A stretch of 64,000 nucleotides of DNA, taken from assembly GCA_965220895.1 (NCBI GenBank), contig OZ244850.1:165656-229655 (forward strand), written 5' to 3'. This stretch comes from Gammaproteobacteria bacterium (GTDB lineage: Bacteria; Pseudomonadota; Gammaproteobacteria; UBA4575). Of this stretch, positions 47,288 through 57,557 are shown piece after piece (positions within the stretch are counted from its first letter, which is position 1; each line of letters starts with the position of its first letter). Made by a program: the position numbers and the translations under genes. Below the pieces are notes generated by a model. That model was not told where the DNA came from. It worked only from the letters and a program-made list of their open reading frames with translations, and searched no databases.

Positions 47288-48400
47288 CTAGGGTCGAGGC
47301 GGCGGGGCTTCATCTTCGCTGGGATCGAGGTGCAGGACCTGGGTCGGATAGGCGATGCTCGCATGGTGCTTTTCGATGATCTCGGAAATCTTCAGCAAGA
47401 CATCCTGCTTGACCTCGTGAAAGCGGATCCAGTTTGTGGTTTTCGTGAACGTATATACGAAGAAGTCCACCGATGAATCACTGAACTGGTTGAAGTTCAC
47501 GATCATCGTCTGCTTTTGATCGATCTCCTCGTGCTGTTTCAGCATGTCCTTGACTTCATGGACGATCGCGTCCATGGAGTGAATGTCATCGTAGCGGATC
47601 CCAATGGTCTCATAGATCCTTCGGTGCGACATGCGCGAGGGGTTTTCCACAATGATGCTCGCGAACACCGAGTTCGGGATATAGAGGGGTCTCTTGTCAA
47701 ATGTCCGGATACGGGTCTGGCGCCAGCCAATTTCCTCGACCGTGCCCTCGATCTCCTTGTCCGGGGAACAGATCCAGTCACCCACCTTGAAGGGGCGGTC
47801 CAGGTAGATCATCAGACCGCCGAAGAAATTGGACAACAGGTCCTTGGCAGCGAAACCCACCGCGATCCCGCCGATGCCCCCAAAAGCGAGAATTCCGGAA
47901 ATACTGAAACCCAGGGTTTGCAGCATCACCAGGGCGGCAGTGATGAAAACAGACGCATTCACCAGCTTGACCAGCGCATGGGTCGTGGTCACGTCGACAC
48001 TGCTCCCCTGCTGGGAGCGCTTGCGGATGTAGGCCTTCTCGAACTCCCGGACAAAGCGGACCAAAAACCAAGTCAGTATCGCGACGACCAGAATATCACG
48101 TAGCGGATCGATCGCCTTGAAAATTTCCGCCTCGGTCCTGCTGGCGACGATATCGGCGGCAAACAGGATCCCGACCACCCAGATCAGCACCTGCAGGGGT
48201 TTGCGAACGGCATAGACGAATGCATCGTCCCAGGGATTTGCCGAGCGCTGGACATTTTTTTCCAGCCTCCGCAAGAACAGGCTTACGAACGAGTTGAACA
48301 GAAGGACGGCAAATACGACGACAAACACCTGGACCACCCAGGTGGGCGTGCCATGCGACCACAGGCCTGCAAAAATTTCAGAAAAGTACGCGCTGTCCAT
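47288..48400 (-). CDS. mechanosensitive ion channel (MscS family)
   Basis: 370 aa with N-terminal TM helices and the MscS core 'DRPFKVGDWI...GTVEEIGWRQTRIRT'. Confidence 0.85.
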   Translation of the reverse strand: MDSAYFSEIFAGLWSHGTPTWVVQVFVVVFAVLLFNSFVSLFLRRLEKNVQRSANPWDDAFVYAVRKPLQVLIWVVGILFAADIVASRTEAEIFKAIDPLRDILVVAILTWFLVRFVREFEKAYIRKRSQQGSSVDVTTTHALVKLVNASVFITAALVMLQTLGFSISGILAFGGIGGIAVGFAAKDLLSNFFGGLMIYLDRPFKVGDWICSPDKEIEGTVEEIGWRQTRIRTFDKRPLYIPNSVFASIIVENPSRMSHRRIYETIGIRYDDIHSMDAIVHEVKDMLKQHEEIDQKQTMIVNFNQFSDSSVDFFVYTFTKTTNWIRFHEVKQDVLLKISEIIEKHHASIAYPTQVLHLDPSEDEAPPPRP

Positions 48401-48430
48401 GCTGTTTTTTTTACCGTCGGATGTGTGCCA

Positions 48431-49480
48431 TTAGATCAGCAGGTCACTGCTGGATGAATCCAGATAGGATTCTACTTGTAATACCGCAGATTGCCATGCC
48501 TTCCTGGCACGCAGACCCTTGTAGGGAATGGAGTGCTTCCCGCCATGCATCCGGGCCAGACGGATCTGGGAAGCCGGATTGTCCTGATTCGTCAACTGCT
48601 CCGCAACCTGGACCGCCTGCTCGTTCTCATTGCAGATCAGCACCATGTCGCAACCCGCTTGCAACGCTTGGTGGGTGCGCACGAGATACTCATCACTGCA
48701 GGCTGCGGCCTTCATGCTGAGATCATCGCTGAACACCGCACCCTTGAAATCCAGCTGCTCACGCAATACCGCGTGCAGCCACTTCCTTGAATAGGTGGCC
48801 ACGGGCCTGTCTATCCTTTCGTAGACAACGTGTGCGCTCATGATCCCCGCGATGCCCTGGTTGATCAGGCGTTGAAACGGCAGAAGGTCCTGCATGAGGA
48901 GATCCTGGTAGCTGCGGGTATCCACCGGCATATCGATGTGCGAGTCTGCTGCAACACCGCCATGGCCCGGGAAGTGCTTGCCGACGGCCTGCATGCCTGC
49001 ACTGCGCATCCCGCGGACATAGTGCATCGCCAGCTCCGCGACAATGTCCGGATCCTTGTGGAAAGCGCGCTCGCCAATCACGCGACTGACCCCGAGGTTC
49101 AGGTCCAGGACCGGGGCAAAGCTGAAGTCGACCCCGACCGATCGGAGTTCTGTGGCCATCAGCCATCCGGTGACCTCCGCCAGTTCACAAGCCCTTCGCG
49201 GGTCCGTGTCATGGATTTTGCCCAGCTCCTGGATCGCGGGTAACTGGGTAAATCCCTCGCGAAACCGCTGCACCGGCCCTCCTTCCTGATCCACGGCAAC
49301 CAGCAATCTTGGGTGGCGCAGGGCGTGAATTTCACTGACCAGGCTTGTCAGGCTGTCCACTGAGGTAAAATTCCGGCTGAACAGGATCACGCCTCCAACC
49401 TGGGGCGACAGTAACAGCCCTTTTTCTTGTACAGACAATGAATCTGTACGAAGATCGACCATAAGTGGACCTAGCGACAT
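48431..49480 (-). CDS. nagZ: beta-N-acetylhexosaminidase
   Basis: The start was moved to ATG 49480 ('MSLGPLMVDL'). Contains 'VAVDQEGGPVQRF' and 'GKHFPGHGGVAADSH'. Confidence 0.88.
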   Translation of the reverse strand: MSLGPLMVDLRTDSLSVQEKGLLLSPQVGGVILFSRNFTSVDSLTSLVSEIHALRHPRLLVAVDQEGGPVQRFREGFTQLPAIQELGKIHDTDPRRACELAEVTGWLMATELRSVGVDFSFAPVLDLNLGVSRVIGERAFHKDPDIVAELAMHYVRGMRSAGMQAVGKHFPGHGGVAADSHIDMPVDTRSYQDLLMQDLLPFQRLINQGIAGIMSAHVVYERIDRPVATYSRKWLHAVLREQLDFKGAVFSDDLSMKAAACSDEYLVRTHQALQAGCDMVLICNENEQAVQVAEQLTNQDNPASQIRLARMHGGKHSIPYKGLRARKAWQSAVLQVESYLDSSSSDLLI

Positions 49481-49758
49481 GGCAGGAATGATTCGCCGGC
49501 CCAACCGGGACTTGAAGGCCTGAATCCTGCAAAGGATGCGCTCTCACCCTTTGTGACCTGTATCCGGGAAGACATCATCATTTCACTATCCATCCCATGC
49601 ATCATCCAAAAAACCGAACCGCTGCGGGTCCGAGCAGAACATTCTCGCCGGGGCGCTGCATGGCCAGGCAGATTGCCTGCGGTATATAGTATGCACCCTG
49701 AAAAGCAATACCTGCCAGATTTGTACAAGCGGGTTTTGAGTCCCCGACACCAGCCAGA

Positions 49759-50859
49759 ATGATTGAATCAGCTTACCAGGAACTGCTGGAAACCCAGCAG
49801 ATCGTACAGGATTCGGATCAGAAGAAAACCGTCCTGGCGCTGCAGGCCCTGCATCACAGGCTTGATCATCATAATTCAAAACCGGGACTGCTTGACCGCA
49901 TTACAGGCCTTCTGCCCGGCAGGCCGGGCCCTGCAGATAGCCGGGGGCTGTACATATGGGGAGGAATCGGACGCGGCAAGACGTTTCTGATGGATCTGTT
50001 TTTCTCCAATTTGCACATCCAGCAAAAATTGCGCCTGCACTACCACCAGTTCATGGACGAGGCCCATGGCCTGCTGAAACACTGCCGGGATGAGGCCGAC
50101 CCGCTCAAACGGGTCGCCCGTCAATTTGCCGACAAGGCCAAAGTGCTGTGCCTCGATGAATTTCTTGTGAATGACATCGGAGACGCCATGATCATCTCCG
50201 GATTACTGCAGGGTCTCTTTGATCACAAGACCATCCTGGTCGCAACCTCGAACACGAGACCGGATCAACTGTATGCGAACGGGCTGCAGCGTGAACGCTT
50301 CTTGCCCGCGATCGAATTGCTGCAGACACATACCAAGGTGGTACAGCTCGACGGCGAGACGGACTACCGCTTCGAACTGATGCAGACCGAAGGAATCTAC
50401 AACACCCCCATCAACGACGCCTCGCAAGACTGGCTTGAACACCACTTCCTGGACCTGTGTGCCGAGAAAAATGACGGCTCCTGGGGGAAAATCCAGGTCA
50501 GGAGCCGAAGCCTGCAGAGCATCCGCCACTCTGAAAGCATTGCCTGGTTCGATTTTCGGGAACTGTGTGCCGAGCCGCGCAGCACCTCGGACTACATCGA
50601 GCTGTCCAGGCGCTTCAACACCATCCTGATTTCGCACGTGCCCGTCTTCAGGAACAGCGATGACCAGGCCCGGCGATTCATCAACCTTGTGGACGAGTTT
50701 TATGATCGTAATGTAAAGTTGATCCTCTCTGCCGAGGCCTGGCCGGATTCGCTGTATCAAGGCTCACGGCTCAGCGAGGAGTTCAGACGCACGGTCAGCC
50801 GGCTGAACGAAATGCAGTCGCTTGAATATTTGGAAAGACAACATCACCCGGAACGATAA
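49759..50859 (+). CDS. zapE: cell division protein ZapE (AFG1-like ATPase)
   Basis: 366 aa. Contains 'GGIGRGKTFLMD' (Walker A) and 'LCLDEF' (Walker B). Confidence 0.85.
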   Translation: MIESAYQELLETQQIVQDSDQKKTVLALQALHHRLDHHNSKPGLLDRITGLLPGRPGPADSRGLYIWGGIGRGKTFLMDLFFSNLHIQQKLRLHYHQFMDEAHGLLKHCRDEADPLKRVARQFADKAKVLCLDEFLVNDIGDAMIISGLLQGLFDHKTILVATSNTRPDQLYANGLQRERFLPAIELLQTHTKVVQLDGETDYRFELMQTEGIYNTPINDASQDWLEHHFLDLCAEKNDGSWGKIQVRSRSLQSIRHSESIAWFDFRELCAEPRSTSDYIELSRRFNTILISHVPVFRNSDDQARRFINLVDEFYDRNVKLILSAEAWPDSLYQGSRLSEEFRRTVSRLNEMQSLEYLERQHHPER

Positions 50860-50877
50860 TTCTACAAGGAACACTAC

Positions 50878-51855
50878 ATGAAACCCGCAGTACGAATCGC
50901 TATCACAGGGGCCGCAGGAAACATCGGATATGCCGCCGCATTCCGGATTGCCGCCGGAGACATGCTGGGCGCGGACCAGCCGGTCATTCTGCAACTGATC
51001 GAAATCGAACCGGCCTTGCAGGCCTTGCAAGGGGTCGAGATGGAATTGCTGGATTGTGCCTTTCCGCTGCTTGAAAAAGTGATCGTTACCACGGATATCG
51101 ATGTCGGCTTCAGGGATGCGGACTATGCCCTGCTGATCGGCTCGAAACCGCGCACCAAGGGCATGGAGCGCAGTGACCTGTTAGGGGACAACGGGAAGAT
51201 ATTCGCACCGCAGGGCCGCGCCATCAACGACCATGCCTCCCGTGATGTGAAAGTCCTCATCGTCGGAAACCCGGCAAACACCAATGCCCTGATTGCCGTG
51301 AACAATGCACCAGACCTGTCGCCTACGCAGTTCACTTCCATGATGAGGCTGGACCATAATCGTGCACTCAACCAGCTCTCGCTCAAAACACAAACGCCGG
51401 TCGCCGCAATCAACTGCCTGACCGTGTGGGGCAATCACTCACTGACGCAGTATCCTGACATCACCCACTGCAGCATCGGCGGTCAGCAGGCCAGCTCGTT
51501 AATTGACCTGTCCTGGTACAAGGAAACCTTTCTCCCCAAGGTGCAAAAACGTGGCGCAGAAATCATCAATGCTCGCGGAGCTTCTTCTGCGGCCTCGGCC
51601 GCTTCGGCAGCGATCGACCACATGCGAGACTGGGTTTTCGGAACCTCCGATGACAATTGGGCGAGCATGAGCATCGTATCCAATGGAGAGTACGGCATTA
51701 CGGAAGGACTCATGTATTCATTCCCTGTACGCTGCAAAGATGGCAGTTACGAGCTGGTGCAGGGCCTTGAAATTGACGATTTCAGCCAGGAGATGATGCG
51801 GGCCACGGAAAATGAGTTGCTGGAAGAACGCGACGCGGTAAAAGACCTGCTTTGA
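50878..51855 (+). CDS. mdh: malate dehydrogenase
   Basis: 325 aa. Contains '[13 protein letters not shown]', 'VGNPANTNA' and 'WGNHS'. Confidence 0.92.
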   Translation: MKPAVRIAITGAAGNIGYAAAFRIAAGDMLGADQPVILQLIEIEPALQALQGVEMELLDCAFPLLEKVIVTTDIDVGFRDADYALLIGSKPRTKGMERSDLLGDNGKIFAPQGRAINDHASRDVKVLIVGNPANTNALIAVNNAPDLSPTQFTSMMRLDHNRALNQLSLKTQTPVAAINCLTVWGNHSLTQYPDITHCSIGGQQASSLIDLSWYKETFLPKVQKRGAEIINARGASSAASAASAAIDHMRDWVFGTSDDNWASMSIVSNGEYGITEGLMYSFPVRCKDGSYELVQGLEIDDFSQEMMRATENELLEERDAVKDLL

Positions 51856-52000
51856 CCGCCTGCCCTAGCCTTTGGGCGCGCAACCGGCCCGTGGCATTGG
51901 CATCATTCTTTTCGAGAGATTAAGCCTTTTTATTCAGTAGCTTAAAGAATAGAAATAATTAGATTTATCAGAAATTTTTCCAGACAGATGGAAGGCTCGG

Positions 52001-52513
52001 TCAGGGAGTCAGCATATCTTCGGTGATCAATCGGTTTTGCCACAACGGATGGCTGTTGACGAAGGAATGTCCCTGCCTGTCGCAATACGATAGCCACTTG
52101 AACAGGAAACGGTTCAGGCGCCACCTACTTGGCAAGGAAGGGCTGCCTGCCCGGTGCCTGCCAATGCGATTGCCTGTGCCCTTATTGCGAAAGGACTGGC
52201 TGAGTACTTCGGCCTGACGTGCATCGTAGTACATTCTCAGCTTGAGATTCGGGTAGGCCTGAACGCCACTCTTCGCATCCGTGAAGTAGTAGGTCAGCGC
52301 AATGGTTGATGTATACCGGGTCTGTTCCAGAACCTGAAGATACAAATCCATGCCCGAGGGAATCCGAGAGACCGCAATAGCGGGCATGGTGTCCTTGTTT
52401 CCGCACAGTTTGCGCAGACGAATGTAATTTGCCTCGTACATCTCCATCAGCCCGGCAAACGTATTGGGTGACGGATCCGCCAAAAGCCGTTTTTGTAGGG
52501 ATGGATCTCTCAT
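52001..52513 (-). CDS. DUF1249 (YqiB-like) protein
   Basis: The start was moved to ATG 52513. 'FAGLMEMYEANYIRLRKL' is typical of DUF1249, recalled from memory. Confidence 0.55.
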   Translation of the reverse strand: MRDPSLQKRLLADPSPNTFAGLMEMYEANYIRLRKLCGNKDTMPAIAVSRIPSGMDLYLQVLEQTRYTSTIALTYYFTDAKSGVQAYPNLKLRMYYDARQAEVLSQSFRNKGTGNRIGRHRAGSPSLPSRWRLNRFLFKWLSYCDRQGHSFVNSHPLWQNRLITEDMLTP

Positions 52514-52615
52514 CGTCAAACATGCATCGCGACGCCAGATTATACTGGCATACAACCCGAAAACGCTGCAACCATCTCAATAAGTGCGGACTGGGCGAAC
52601 CCGCCCGAAACGATT

Positions 52616-52849
52616 TCAGGCATGAATGAACTCGATCACCTTGTTGATGTGGCGATCCTGCGATTTCCTGTTTCCGGTCACCAGGGCATACAACTCGGGA
52701 TCCTGCATATCCAGCATGGCTTCAAACGCATGCTTCAATTCAGGTTCAACATTCCGGTAATGGTTTTCCAGAAAGGCCATCATCAGGATATCCAGCTCCT
52801 TGGTACCCCTGCGGCAGCGCCATAGCAGTTTTTGCACCTTCTCTTCCAC
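52616..52849 (-). CDS. sdhE: FAD assembly factor SdhE (YgfY)
   Basis: Contains the 'LLWRCRRGTKELDILM' RGxxE motif. The start is GTG 52849 or TTG 52858, which overlaps the sdhB stop. The longer ORF-track version overlaps sdhB and was rejected. Confidence 0.75.
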   Translation of the reverse strand: MEEKVQKLLWRCRRGTKELDILMMAFLENHYRNVEPELKHAFEAMLDMQDPELYALVTGNRKSQDRHINKVIEFIHA

Positions 52850-52854
52850 CGGCT

Positions 52855-53637
52855 TCAACTCTCGGCCACCGCGGTAAGTTTCTTGATTTCCGCAATGGCC
52901 TTTGCAGGATTCAGGCCCTTGGGACAGGTATTCGTACAATTCATGATGGTATGGCAGCGATAGAGCTTGAAGGCATCCTTTAACTCCTCCAGGCGCTCGA
53001 CCGTGGCTTCATCCCGGCTGTCGGCGATCCACCGGTACGCTTGCAGCAACACGGCAGGACCGAGATACCGGTCGCTGTTCCACCAGTAACTGGGACAACT
53101 GGTCGAGCAACAGGCGCACAGGATACATTCCTCCAAGCCTTCCAGGCGTTCGCGGTCATCTTTGGACTGGAGCCGTTCGCGCCCCGACGGCGCTGGCGCC
53201 TGGGTCTTGATCCATGGCTTGACGGATGCGTACTGCTCATAGAACCGGCTCAGGTCCACGACCAAATCCTTGACGACTGGCATGTGAGGCAAGGGATAAA
53301 CCTTGAGGTCACCCCGGATCTCCTCAATGGCCTTGATGCATGCCAGTGTGTTCGAACCGTTGATATTCATGGAGCACGAACCACAGATGCCTTCCCGGCA
53401 CGAACGGCGAAACGTCAGGGTGGAGTCGATTTCATTCTTGATCTTGATCAGTGCATCCAGCACCATCGGACCGCAGGTGTCCAGGTCGATTTCGTAGGTA
53501 TCCGTGCGCGGGTTTTCCGGGCGGTCCGGATCATAGCGATAGACCACCACTTTTTTTGCCCTGCCACTGCCCGCTGCGGCAGGATACGTCTTTCCTGGCT
53601 TGACTACAGAATTGGCAGGAAGATTGAATTGCGCCAT
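52855..53637 (-). CDS. sdhB: succinate dehydrogenase iron-sulfur subunit
   Basis: Contains '[21 protein letters not shown]', '[12 protein letters not shown]' and '[12 protein letters not shown]'. Confidence 0.93.
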   Translation of the reverse strand: MAQFNLPANSVVKPGKTYPAAAGSGRAKKVVVYRYDPDRPENPRTDTYEIDLDTCGPMVLDALIKIKNEIDSTLTFRRSCREGICGSCSMNINGSNTLACIKAIEEIRGDLKVYPLPHMPVVKDLVVDLSRFYEQYASVKPWIKTQAPAPSGRERLQSKDDRERLEGLEECILCACCSTSCPSYWWNSDRYLGPAVLLQAYRWIADSRDEATVERLEELKDAFKLYRCHTIMNCTNTCPKGLNPAKAIAEIKKLTAVAES

Positions 53638-53650
53638 CCGTCAATCCTTC

Positions 53651-55441
53651 TCAATAAACCCGCGCCTTGGGGGGGATAACCTCCACCTGGTCGGTCTGGG
53701 TATACATGTGCACCGGCCGGTAGTCGATCTGCACGTCTCCATGTTCACTAATCGTTGCCAGGGTGTGTTTCATCCAGTTCTCGTCATCGCGTTCCGGATA
53801 GTCATCACGTGCCTGTGCGCCACGGCTTTCCGTGCGGTTCAGCGCAGACTGTGCGGTAACAATGGCCTGGGGCATCAGATTGATCAGCTCAATGGCCTCG
53901 ACCAGGTCTGTGTTCCAGACCATGGAACGATCGCTGAGCCTCAAGTTGTCCATCTGGGAAAACAGCTCCCGGAGCCGGGTCAACCCTTGCTCGATCAACT
54001 CACCGGTTCTGAAAACGGCGGCATGGCTTTGCATCGTCTTTTGCATCTCGATACGCAGCTCGGCCACAGGAATGTCGCCATCGGCATGTCTCAGTCTATC
54101 AAAACGATCAAGCACGGACTCCACTGCGCCTGCATGCAGTTTTTCGTGCGCCTGGCCCGGCCTGACCAGTTCCACGGCACGAAGTGCGGCCGCCCTGCCG
54201 AATACGATCAGGTCCAGCAGGGAATTGGACCCCAGGCGGTTGGCGCCGTGCACCGACACGCATGCGGCCTCGCCGATGGCCATCAGCCCGGGAATCACGT
54301 GATCCGGATCACCGTCTTTCAGGGTCACGACCTCTCCCTGGTAGTTCGTAGGGATGCCGCCCATGTTGTAGTGCACGGTCGGCAAGACGGGGATGGGCTC
54401 GCGGGTGACATCGATGCCCGCAAAGATTCTGGCGGACTCGGCAATGCCCGGAAGCTTGGAGTTGATCAGGTCAGCACCCAGGTGTTCCAGGTGCAACTGT
54501 ATGTGGTCCTTTTCTTCCCCCACACCGCGTCCTTCATTGATTTCAATGGTCATGGAACGGCTGACGACATCGCGGGATGCCAGATCCTTTGCATTCGGGG
54601 CATAACGCTCCATGAAACGCTCCCCCTCGGCATTGGTCAGGTAGCCGCCTTCACCGCGCACGCCTTCGGTGATCAGGCAGCCGGAGCCGTAGATTCCTGT
54701 GGGATGAAACTGTACGAATTCCATGTCCTGCAATGGCAGGCCCGCGCGCAGTACCATCGCATTGCCGTCGCCCGTACAGGTATGCGCCGAAGTGCAGGAG
54801 AAATAGGTGCGTCCGTAGCCGCCGGTGGCCAGCAGCACCATGTGTGCCCGGAAAACATGCAGTTCACCCGTGGCCAGGTCCCAAGCCAGCACGCCCTGGC
54901 ATCTCCCCTCCTCGTTCATCAGTAAATCGACGGCAAAGTATTCGATGAAAAACTCCGCGTTGTGCTTCAGGGACTGCTGGTAAAGGGTGTGCAGGATGGC
55001 ATGGCCGGTCCGGTCGGCCGCGGCACAGGTCCGTTGTGCAATTCCCTCGCCATAGCGGGTGGTCATGCCACCGAAGGGTCTCTGGTAGATACGCCCGTCA
55101 TCCGTGCGCGAGAAAGGAACTCCGTAATGCTCAAGCTCCACGACCGCCGGGATCGCCTCACGACACATGTACTCGATCGCATCCTGGTCGCCCAGCCAGT
55201 CCGAGCCCTTGACCGTGTCATACATGTGCCAGCGCCAGTCATCCTCGCCCATGTTCGCGAGTGCCGCGCTCATGCCACCCTGGGCAGCAACGGTATGGCT
55301 TCGGGTCGGAAATACCTTGGTGATGCATGCCGTGGACAGCCCGCTGGCCGTCATGCCCAGCGTGGCGCGCAGTCCAGCACCCCCTGCACCCACCACTACC
55401 ACATCATAGGCATGCTCAGTCAGTTGGTACGCCTTGCCCAT
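53651..55441 (-). CDS. sdhA: succinate dehydrogenase flavoprotein subunit
   Basis: 596 aa. Contains '[13 protein letters not shown]', '[10 protein letters not shown]' (FAD-binding His) and 'HPTG'. Confidence 0.95.
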   Translation of the reverse strand: MGKAYQLTEHAYDVVVVGAGGAGLRATLGMTASGLSTACITKVFPTRSHTVAAQGGMSAALANMGEDDWRWHMYDTVKGSDWLGDQDAIEYMCREAIPAVVELEHYGVPFSRTDDGRIYQRPFGGMTTRYGEGIAQRTCAAADRTGHAILHTLYQQSLKHNAEFFIEYFAVDLLMNEEGRCQGVLAWDLATGELHVFRAHMVLLATGGYGRTYFSCTSAHTCTGDGNAMVLRAGLPLQDMEFVQFHPTGIYGSGCLITEGVRGEGGYLTNAEGERFMERYAPNAKDLASRDVVSRSMTIEINEGRGVGEEKDHIQLHLEHLGADLINSKLPGIAESARIFAGIDVTREPIPVLPTVHYNMGGIPTNYQGEVVTLKDGDPDHVIPGLMAIGEAACVSVHGANRLGSNSLLDLIVFGRAAALRAVELVRPGQAHEKLHAGAVESVLDRFDRLRHADGDIPVAELRIEMQKTMQSHAAVFRTGELIEQGLTRLRELFSQMDNLRLSDRSMVWNTDLVEAIELINLMPQAIVTAQSALNRTESRGAQARDDYPERDDENWMKHTLATISEHGDVQIDYRPVHMYTQTDQVEVIPPKARVY

Positions 55442-55450
55442 TTCGATCTT

Positions 55451-55819
55451 CTACAAGGTGATTTTCAGAAGCGCGACAATCCCGGCGACTGCCGACACGA
55501 TACATGTCACATTTAACAGGATTAACGAGGCCGTTTTCAGCCATCCGCCTACGTAGTCTTCGATGATGACCTGCACCCCCAGCTTCGTATGATAGAAGGT
55601 CACGGCGATAAAGATCGCCAGAAAACCCGTAACGGCAGGGGTCTTCAACCAGCTGACCACCGCCTCATGACTTGTATTCCCCAGCATGGCCAGGGAAAAG
55701 GTAAGCCAGACTACCAAGGGGACCAATACGGCGGCAGTCAGGCGCTGCATCCACCAGTGCACCACAGCCTCCCGGCCCACGCCCGGTAGCACCGAAAGCC
55801 ATGTGCGCAACGCCATCAC
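55451..55819 (-). CDS. sdhD: succinate dehydrogenase membrane anchor subunit
   Basis: 122 aa with 3 TM helices and 'FYHTKLGVQVIIEDYV'. Confidence 0.8.
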   Translation of the reverse strand: MMALRTWLSVLPGVGREAVVHWWMQRLTAAVLVPLVVWLTFSLAMLGNTSHEAVVSWLKTPAVTGFLAIFIAVTFYHTKLGVQVIIEDYVGGWLKTASLILLNVTCIVSAVAGIVALLKITL

Positions 55820-56215
55820 CTAGGCCTGTATTCCGTAATTGAGCCAGGCGATGAGCCAAACGCCTGCCGTGAAGGCCACGGTGGCCAGTATGACCACGAT
55901 ACCCGAGATCCGTGTGGCGTCAATTCCGAAGCCGAATCCCGCATCAAACACCAGGTGGCGTACTCCATTGAACAGATGCAGGAACAACGCCAAGGTCCAC
56001 AAGATCAAAAACACCTGACCCCATACCGTCGAGATATAGGCTCTCAGTACCTCATAAGCACCCGGACCTGCGGCGATCGAAAGCAGTACCCCAACCAGCA
56101 GCAGGGCTCCCACGCCAAGTGCGGCTCCCGTGATCCGGTGAAGGATGGAGATGACCATCGCAAGGGGCCAGCGATAGATCTGCAAATGCGGGGATAATGG
56201 CCTATCCGGGTCCAC
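55820..56215 (-). CDS. sdhC: succinate dehydrogenase cytochrome b556 subunit
   Basis: The start was moved to GTG 56215 ('(M)DPDRPLSPHLQIYRWPL...'). It is preceded by an AAGGGAG SD 6 nt upstream. The track's ATG 56299 would extend the gene into the AT-rich IS end. Confidence 0.8.
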   Translation of the reverse strand: MDPDRPLSPHLQIYRWPLAMVISILHRITGAALGVGALLLVGVLLSIAAGPGAYEVLRAYISTVWGQVFLILWTLALFLHLFNGVRHLVFDAGFGFGIDATRISGIVVILATVAFTAGVWLIAWLNYGIQA

Positions 56216-56259
56216 CAGAGACTCCCTTGAAGAACTGTGAATACATGAATATGAAATAA

Positions 56260-56291
56260 CCCCTGTACGACCTGCCGACAATGTACAGAGG
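56260..56291 (-). other. stem-loop downstream of tnpB (candidate IS right-end hairpin, omega-RNA 3' structure, or terminator)
   Basis: The minus strand reads CCTCTGTAC-(14 nt)-GTACAGGGG, a 9-bp stem with one G-U pair, followed by GTTATTTCATATT. Confidence 0.35.
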
Positions 56292-56309
56292 TCATCCAAA
56301 TGATTTATA

Positions 56310-56322
56310 GGAAATTATATAC
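56310..56322. repeat. inverted repeat arm bracketing tnpB (GGAAATTATATAC)
   Basis: The reverse complement GTATATAATTTCC matches GGTATATAATTCC at 57545-57557, sharing a 10-nt core with a 1-nt indel. It lies 7 nt beyond the tnpB stop. Confidence 0.5.
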
Positions 56323-56328
56323 TCAAGC

Positions 56329-57534
56329 CTACAATGGACCCGAAGTATCCATTTGACGCTTCGCAGGCCAGCTGATGCTGCCACCTCCACGTCCAGTGGC
56401 CCCATTCCCGAAGGCCAGTATATTCAATGCGGCATTGTGATCCGCATGATCCCGATAGCCACAGGCCACACACTCATGCCAGGCCCGGGTCTTTCTGTTC
56501 TTCCTGTCGGTGTGTCCGCACGCATGGCAGGTCTGGCTGGTGTACGCAGGATTAACCTTCTCTACGCTCGCCTTGTAACCAAGGCACTGCTCCAGCTTGT
56601 ACCACCCCGAGTTGAGAATCGCCCGGTTCAGCCCGGCTTTCTGTTTCACAGCCTTGCCGGGGTTCTCTTTCGTACCCTTGGCGCTCGCCGTCATGCCTTT
56701 CGTATCCAGGTCTTCGAGGTAAGCAACATTGTACTGATCGGCAATCTCTCTTGAGACCTGGTGGCACCAGTCGGTGCGCGCCTGTGTGATCTTCTGTTGC
56801 GTGCGGGCATGGAGATTTCTGGCTTTCAGGTACCGGTTGGATGGCCTGATGCCTTGTTTTCTATTGCCGCGCTGCCGCCTTGCCATCATGCGCTGGTACC
56901 TTCGTTTCCGGGCTTCAAGCTTCTCCAGGTCTGGCGTGTAGTGCACGATACCATCGGAGCGGGCCACCTGGCCGACGTTGCGGTCGATGCCCACTGCCTT
57001 GACGCTTTCAGGCTTCTTCATGACCTCGACTTCGTACACGATGTAGGCATACCAGCCTCGGGCTTCGCGCTTGACCGTGCCAGACACAGGCGTTGCATCT
57101 GGATAAGGATTGCAGCCGGACAGCTTGACCTGACCAATCCTTTGAATGTGAAGGTACTGGCCTTGCAGTCTGAACATGCCTGAGCCTAGCGGGAACGAGG
57201 GTGCATGGTCGTAGTGCGCCTTGAACCGAGGAAGGCCGCCTTTGCCTGCGTAGAATTTCTTGTAGGCCGTCTCGATCGGCTTTAGAGATAGCTTCACAAT
57301 ATTGGCTGAATATTCTTGCAGCCATAGTTCTTGATATCTGCGCCAAGTCGTGAACAACATACCATTGCTGTACCAGCGCGGGTCACATCGACCGCTAAAG
57401 CTGTAATCGTCTTTCAGCTTGCCGACGAAGCGGTTCCACGTGAACCGGCAGGCCTCGGCAGTGCCATGTAGCTTCTTGGCCTTGGCTGCCGAGCCGGGGT
57501 GCAGGCGGTAACGGATGGTGCGGTGCGCGTTCAT
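56329..57534 (-). CDS. tnpB: TnpB (IS605 OrfB / IS1341-type RNA-guided endonuclease family)
   Basis: The start was moved to ATG 57534 ('MNAHRTIRYRLHPG'). RuvC-I is 'AVGIDRNVG', RuvC-II is 'VAYLEDLD', the zinc ribbon is 'CHACGH...CVACGY', and RuvC-III is 'HADHNAALNIL'. Confidence 0.85.
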   Translation of the reverse strand: MNAHRTIRYRLHPGSAAKAKKLHGTAEACRFTWNRFVGKLKDDYSFSGRCDPRWYSNGMLFTTWRRYQELWLQEYSANIVKLSLKPIETAYKKFYAGKGGLPRFKAHYDHAPSFPLGSGMFRLQGQYLHIQRIGQVKLSGCNPYPDATPVSGTVKREARGWYAYIVYEVEVMKKPESVKAVGIDRNVGQVARSDGIVHYTPDLEKLEARKRRYQRMMARRQRGNRKQGIRPSNRYLKARNLHARTQQKITQARTDWCHQVSREIADQYNVAYLEDLDTKGMTASAKGTKENPGKAVKQKAGLNRAILNSGWYKLEQCLGYKASVEKVNPAYTSQTCHACGHTDRKNRKTRAWHECVACGYRDHADHNAALNILAFGNGATGRGGGSISWPAKRQMDTSGPL

Positions 57535-57544
57535 TGCAGACTTA

Positions 57545-57557
57545 GGTATATAATTCC
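57545..57557. repeat. inverted repeat arm bracketing tnpB (GGTATATAATTCC)
   Basis: Partner of 56310-56322. It lies 11 nt upstream of the tnpB ATG. Confidence 0.5.

Noticed and set aside
56216-56299. N-terminal extension of sdhC from ATG 56299 ('MDDLCTLSAGRTGVISYSCIHSSSRESL').
   Set aside because: The extension is non-hydrophobic and unconserved-looking, and it runs into the AT-rich IS end and hairpin. GTG 56215 has a good SD (AAGGGAG) and yields the usual SdhC N-terminus ('DRPLSPHLQIY').
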